A stretch of DNA of 63,962 nt, the filler included, from Olpidium bornovanus S191 (taxonomy: Eukaryota > Fungi > Olpidiomycota), in NCBI GenBank assembly GCA_017911155.1. It is 31 parts of 31 records of this genome, joined end to end, with 100 filler letters (N's around TTAATTAATTAA, not from the genome) between each part and the next. Parts side by side here need not be neighbours in the genome. Positions count along the whole stretch, not along the records: positions 57,218 to 60,890 come from JAEFCI010012199.1; positions 60,991 to 62,645 come from JAEFCI010010180.1; positions 62,746 to 63,962 come from JAEFCI010010725.1; 28 more parts are not named here. One strand, written 5' to 3'. The position numbers and the translations under genes are program-made. A model generated the notes under the pieces. That model had not been told where the DNA came from and did no database searches. It saw only the letters and a list, made by a program, of their open reading frames with translations. Positions 58,412 through 63,962 of this stretch are shown here, in pieces (positions within the stretch are counted from its first letter, which is position 1; each line of letters opens with the position of its first letter).

Positions 58412-59866
58412 GTGGCCCTTGCGGGAGGCGGCGTCGTCGGTTTTTGCGGGCGCGGCGAGTGGCTCCGGCAGGTACACCGCCCGGTACCGGAAACAAGAAA
58501 ATAAAAAGAAAAGAAAAATTCCTCGCCGTTTGCCAGAGCCCCAGAACAAAACCGCCGAATGACGCCTTCCCTTTGTCCTCAACACCCTAGCTTTTCCCCG
58601 CTTCCCTGCATTACTTTCTGACTGTTTGGCATCGACGACACCGCCAATAGTCCATTTCACCCACTGTAGATGACATGCCTCCTGGCGTTTTCCGTCGATG
58701 TTCTTGACCGACTCTCCCTCAATCGTTTCGCCATAGTCAGCGGAGGCGAAGCGGCTCTGTTATCCCCGGCCGTCACAGTCCAGCCGTGTTGCTGGCCATA
58801 ATGTCCCCCCACTCCCCCTCCTCCGGCCACGGTCGGTGCGGTCAGGCGATTCTCTCTCATCGGAATCGCCGGAACGCAAACGTCGGCGTTCGCCCTGACG
58901 ATTACTTCCCTCGAGAGAGATGTGACGGCCATTGCCTTCGCTGTCGGGCGCTCTCACTTTTTCTAATTTTTTTTTTTTTTTTTTCAAACGCGACATTTGA
59001 CGGAGTTCAAGCCGCAAAAGGGGTTTTCCCGCAAGTCGCAAAAAGCTTCTGGTCGTTTTTTCCTCATTGGTCAAACGGCTCAAGTCGTCACGCTCGTGAA
59101 CGTCATCCGGACGACTCGGCGTTTCACGAACTGCGGGAGAACGAGGCTGTTGAGAGCGAAGGAGGTGCAGCTGCTGGCCTGCAGAGAGCTGCTTACGGGT
59201 CGGGTTGAACGGCTCGACTCATGTCGGGAGCGTTTGGGGGCAAACTTCAAGCAGAATTGGCAGCGCAGTCCAAACATAAACCTCCTTTCACGCCTAGCCG
59301 CGCGGGTTTTGCAAAGAGCGAGCGCGTGAATCTAACGCTCTGCTCGAAATCCGCGCGCGAGAGATTTTTTTTTTTTCAAGTTGTGAGATCAAAAAAATTT
59401 TCCGTGTACAAAAGATGCCTGTGGTCCGCGGGATCTCAGGGCGCCGGCAAGCCTCACGCGACAGAACATTCTTCCTTTGTCTATGGTCCGTGCCGCATCT
59501 GGTCCGGAAGCCTGCCGGGCTCCCTGGGGCGCCGTGCGAGCCCCGCGCAGATTCCGCTCCCTGTCGCCTCCGCCTCCAGCATTCACCTTTCCTCGTCGGC
59601 GCCGATCCTGAGAGTTTCCGTCGAGCGTGTCCCGCTGGATGGTTTTCCCATCCCCGCCTCCAGGGGGACAACCGGGAAACAGCGTTTGCGCCAAGGCGCG
59701 CGCGGGCGCGCAAACCGTTTTTGTCCCGGACGCCCTGCCCCGCGTCCCTTTCTGCCGCCCTCTCTCTCCAGTCTCTGCGCGGGGGAAAGAAGAAGAAGAC
59801 GAAGACGAAGGTCCGCTGCAGAAAACTTACCTTCGCGGCCTTGCCGCTTCTCGCCAAAAGAAGCCT

Positions 59867-60883
59867 ATGGCGGCCCGCGCTTTTTTTCTTTTCGCCGTCG
59901 TCGCTCTCACAGCCGCTTTCGCCGCCGCCCTCCCCGCGGGTCTCGATCCTGCGCCGCCGACTCCGCCGGTCGCGTCGCCCCGCTCCCTGGTGGTGCTCGG
60001 CGACAGCTTGTCGGACGACGGCAACACGTTCCGCCTCACGAACGGCACCTGGCCGCCGTCGCCGCCGTACGCGCGCGGCGTCTTCTCCGACGGGCCCGTG
60101 TGGGCCCAGGTGACCGCGGACCTGCTCGGCGTCCGGCTTGACTCCGCGGCCTACGGCGGCGCAACCACCGACAACCGCGTCGTGGTGGGCAAGACTGGAC
60201 CCGGCTCGAACGTGACCGTGCCGAGCGTGTCCGAACAGGCGGACACCGTGTTCGGCGCCGGAGGCAGCGAACAGGCGGAAGCGCCGGCGCGCGGCGGGGC
60301 GTGCCGCGCGCTGGCGGTCTTCGCGGGGGGTAACGACCTCTACTTCGACGGGAGCGCCACGGGCGCGGCGGCGGCCGCCCGGCTCGTCGGCGTGGTTGCG
60401 AGCGTCGGCGACGTTAGGTCCTGCCGGCTGCCCACTCTGATTTTCGAGCTGCCCCCGCTGGAAGCCGTCCCCGCCCTCGCCGGCCAGGCGGAGCTGAAGG
60501 AGAAGGTCGGCCGGTTTTCGCGCGAGTTTAACGCCGCTTTGCGCAAGGAGCTGGCCCGAGCAAACCTCGCCGCCGCCGGCGCCTGCAAGCAGGTCCGCAT
60601 CTTCCCCACGTTCGAATTCTTCAAGGAAGCGTCGGCACGTTTTCCGGATAGCCGGTCGGCCTGCCTCAACACGACCACGATGATCCCTTGCGACAGACCC
60701 GACCAGCACGTCTTCTGGGACCAATTCCACTTCTCGACGGCCTTCGGTGCCTTCTTGGGCGCGGCCGTCCGCAACCACCTCTGGTACGGCCAGATATCGG
60801 CTCAGGATTCTGTTTCGCGCGTAATAAAAGGCAGGCGGCCTTGTCTTACAGTACGAAGCCTTATATTTTCGACAGCGCCTTAA
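59867..60883 (+). CDS. Secreted GDSL/SGNH lipase/acylhydrolase, intronless
   Basis: Hydrophobic signal peptide; block I LVVLGDSLSDDGN, FSDGPVW, block II AYGGAT, block III AGGND, block V VFWDQFH. Confidence 0.93.
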   Translation: MAARAFFLFAVVALTAAFAAALPAGLDPAPPTPPVASPRSLVVLGDSLSDDGNTFRLTNGTWPPSPPYARGVFSDGPVWAQVTADLLGVRLDSAAYGGATTDNRVVVGKTGPGSNVTVPSVSEQADTVFGAGGSEQAEAPARGGACRALAVFAGGNDLYFDGSATGAAAAARLVGVVASVGDVRSCRLPTLIFELPPLEAVPALAGQAELKEKVGRFSREFNAALRKELARANLAAAGACKQVRIFPTFEFFKEASARFPDSRSACLNTTTMIPCDRPDQHVFWDQFHFSTAFGAFLGAAVRNHLWYGQISAQDSVSRVIKGRRPCLTVRSLIFSTAP

Positions 60884-62296
60884 CCACATGNNNNNNNNNN
60901 NNNNNNNNNNNNNNNNNNNNNNNNNNNNNNNNNNTTAATTAATTAANNNNNNNNNNNNNNNNNNNNNNNNNNNNNNNNNNNNNNNNNNNNAACGAATTTA
61001 AGGTATCGCGAAGCGATTTGTCCGTACGCCGGATCCATTTCCCCGCCGGCGGGGCGTGCGGGCGGAAAAGGGAAGTAACGGAGTATTTCCTTTCTCCGTA
61101 ATTCAGCATGCGCCCGACACCGTTTTTCTTTCTTTGTCGTTGTTTTCTCCCAGACCGCAGCCGGGCGTGCGCGCTCCGTCGGGCGTCGCATTTTTCGCGC
61201 GACGCCTTCGTTGATCGCCGCGTCTTAAGAGAAGGGCGGAAGGGGAACCCCTGCTGCGTCCGGGAAAAAGGTCGCGGCATTTTGCCGCCGCTTGCCGTTC
61301 CTCGGCGGCGCCACGCGTTGATTAACTCAAGAGTCGAGCGCCGCTGCAGCTCGACGTCGACGGACCCCGGGCCACCTCGAGGGGGAGGGGGAAAGGCCGC
61401 TTTGGCCGGCGCCCGTTTCCGCGGGACGTCCGGCCTTGCGCCGGTAACTCTGTCGCGACGCCGTGGTACATCCCTTCGGGTTTTTCTTCGGAGCGCTCTG
61501 GGCCGCGTCGCCGAGGTCCCCCGGGCGACTTTTTCACCCCCAATCCCCAAGGCGGTCAGCGCGCGGGAGCGGCAAGGCGGTTCGCCGCGAGCTCCGCGCG
61601 GTTTACGCTCTTAGCACTCTTCACCCTTCCCCTCCATCCCCCCACCACCACGACTCACACGCCAGCGCTGTGCCCGGCGATAAAGCGCGCGGGGATCGGA
61701 GCGGGGGCAGGGCCGGCGGCCGGGTCATTTGTTTCTTCCGCCAATCATGCCCGGTGGACAGCAGTCAAACCCGGGAACAAGGCCGCCGGCGAAACACACC
61801 TCCCTTCAGACAAACAATAAAAAATTTCGCGTGTTTCTGTTGTTTTTTTTTGGATTTGCGGGGGAGGGGGAACGGGGAGGGGGGGAGGATGGGGGATGGG
61901 GAAGAAGGCATTCTGCGCGGGTCGCGCGCGCGTACCGTACAAACGCGAACCGGGCGATGGGCGCCCGCGGTTCGTCCGATGGCCTCGCCCGTGTAGTTCG
62001 GCTGCAAACGTGATGTTCTGATCGAATACCCGCTTCCCGAACGTGACGCGCGTGACGTCACTCGGAGAGGCACTCGCGCAAATTCCGGCTCGGCGCGGGG
62101 GGATCCCGTCGTCATCGCTTCCGCCCTTGGTCGCCCGGCTCTCGCTTTCTCTCTCTCTCCGTCAGATCAAAACCTCGTCCGCCGAAAGCACCCGCCGGGG
62201 CGTCCGCGTGCCAACCCGGCTCCACGGGCCGCCTGCTTCCTTTCCCCTTCCGCAGATTCCTGCGTTTCGCCGGCGGCGAAGCATCCGAGAAGGATA

Positions 62297-62645
62297 ATGG
62301 CCAGGACCAAGGCAACCGCCGTCAAATTCACTGGGGGGAAGGCTCCGGCGAAGCCGGCTGCTGCGGGGAAACGTCGTCGGCCGAGGCAGATGCCTAAAAC
62401 CGTGCGTTCCAGGTGTGGAAAACAGGGAGGGGGGGTGGGCGCGCGCTCAAGGGTTCGTTTTCTGCGACGCGGGCGTTTTCGGGAAACCGGAGACTTTTTG
62501 CCAAGAAACTCATTTTCCGTCTATTTTTCTTTTTCCTTTTTTTCTGTTTCTTTTTTTCTTTTCCTTTTTTTTGCCCTTGTGAAATTCGCAAGGTATCCGA
62601 AGTCTTCCGAAATCCTCATTCCAATCCTCCCGTTTTGGCGGGTGG
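62297..62645 (+). pseudogene. Histone H3-like N-terminal part, divergent or decayed
   Basis: MARTKATAVKFTGGKAPAK...; near the contig end ALVKFARYPKSSEILIPILPFWRV, versus [25 protein letters not shown]. Confidence 0.75.
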
Positions 62646-63547
62646 NNNNNNNNNNNNNNNNNNNNNNNNNNNNNNNNNNNNNNNNNNNNTTAATTAATTA
62701 ANNNNNNNNNNNNNNNNNNNNNNNNNNNNNNNNNNNNNNNNNNNNAAACCATTTTCCCCCTTTTTTTTTTTTTTTTTTTTTTCCCGGTTTTTTTTTTTTT
62801 TTTTTTTTCCTTTTTTTTTTTTTTTTTTTTTTTCGCTTTGGCGCGGGCGGCCGGGTCAGCTTCGCTCCTCCTGCCCCACGGCCCTCTGCCGTCCGAGCTC
62901 GTCGCTGCGAATGTGATTTGTTCTGGAAAGAGAAAGAACGAGGGCAGGATTTTTCCATCTCGCCGTCGAACTTTATTTTATTTGTCCGTTTCTCCCGGCT
63001 GCTTGGCGAAAAGTTTGCCGTTCCGCCGCGCGTTTTTCCCCCCGCTGGCGTTCCCCCTCCTCGGCCGCGAAAATCTCTGCCGCGTGCTGAACCCACCCGC
63101 CCCCCTCCCCGCGCACGCGTTCCGCGCAGCAAGTGCCCACCGGGCGCGAACCGCTCCCATCCCCTACGCTTTCGTGGACGCGACCTCGCCCGGCCCCACC
63201 TCTCCCCCCGAAACCCGCGCCTGCGCGTTCCGAAAGAAGTCGCTCCGCCCGGGATTTCCTTGGATCGGACAACGGCGGGCACCCGCCGCGCCAAGCGAGT
63301 TTGGCAGGGCCGGCCGAGCTGCGCGTCGCGATTCCCGCCGCTTGCTCCCCCGCCCGCGGCAGGGTATTTGGAGGAACCGTCGCGTTTTTCGGCGCGGCCC
63401 GCCTTTCCGCGCGTCGGTGGATGCCTCCGCTCAAGCCGTTTCCGTTCGTGGCTTTTGATTACAGAAGACGCCGGTTCTGTAAAAGGCAACGTCCGATTAC
63501 TGGGGACCCGCGCAGTAAATCTGCTCGCTTGATGTCTCCAGCCTGAG

Positions 63548-63962
63548 ATGGGCTGCTCTGTGAGCCAGGAAGAGAGCGACAGGAAGAAAATCAGCAACGC
63601 GATCGAGAAGGAGTTAAAAAAAAATCGTGTTGCACAGAAATACGAGGTGAAGTTGTTGCTCCTCGGTAAGGGGCCTTAACGTGACGCAGGTCTGCGTCCG
63701 AACGCTGTCAATCCGGCGTGAGCCTTCTTGCCTAACGGCGGTATCCTCTGCGGACGTCTTCTGCTGCAGGGGCCGGAGAGTCCGGCAAGTCCACCGTCCT
63801 GAAGCAGATGAAGCTAATACACGACAATGGATTTAGCGACGACGAGAGGGTGGCAGCCAGAGAAGTCATATTTTCAAATATCGTGCAATCTATGCGCGCC
63901 ATCCTTGAGGCGATGAAGTCGCTGCGTATACCGCTCGAAAACGACGCGAACTTGCCCCATGC
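63548..63962 (+). CDS. GPA1: Heterotrimeric G-protein alpha subunit (Gi/Gpa1-like), N-terminal part
   Basis: MGCSVSQ (myristoylation/palmitoylation motif)...EVKLLLL|GAGESGKSTVLKQMKLIHDNGFS...IFSNIVQSMRAILEAM. Intron 63666-63769 with GTAAGG donor, CTAAC branch site and CAG acceptor. Confidence 0.97.

Noticed and set aside
59294-60889. 531-aa ORF on minus
   Set aside because: Antisense shadow of the GDSL lipase.
1-63962. Gene clusters or operon-like systems spanning neighbouring contigs (e.g. Dicer next to the virus-like contig)
   Set aside because: Contig order is artificial, so only within-contig adjacency is evidence.

Overview
This is not one chromosomal region. It is a pseudomolecule of 31 short eukaryotic contigs (about 1.0-3.7 kb each) joined by 30 artificial 100-nt linkers (44 N + TTAATTAATTAA + 44 N), so adjacency across linkers has no biological meaning. 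The genes have GT-AG introns, GC-rich exons and long homopolymer tracts. Flagellar and transition-zone genes (CFAP44, RPGRIP1L) occur together with SCAR/WAVE, a fungal ENA P-type ATPase and urease. This points to a zoosporic, early-diverging fungus; an Olpidium-like organism is my inference only. Other recognisable, mostly partial genes: RDH54/RAD54B, glucosidase II alpha, POL1, PPT1, a LigB/DODA dioxygenase, WDR62/MAPKBP1, Dicer, SGD1/NOM1, LMBRD2, a RING protein, PSMG2, cyclin T/K, a secreted GDSL lipase and a G-alpha subunit. There are also a decayed PILS-family transporter and two degenerate histone H3-like pieces. I found no rRNA, tRNA or CRISPR array. The most unusual signal is a Ty1/Copia pol fragment carrying an in-frame chromodomain between integrase and reverse transcriptase (31120-31936), a domain normally typical of Ty3/Gypsy chromoviruses. 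Next are an AT-rich GIY-YIG + chromodomain island of Polinton/virus-like appearance (42061-43133), a compact intronless ORFan contig (28897-30004), and a family of very short LTRs (83-98 bp) with a Ty5-type primer-binding site nested inside other retroelements. All protein assignments come from motif recognition by eye, not from database searches.
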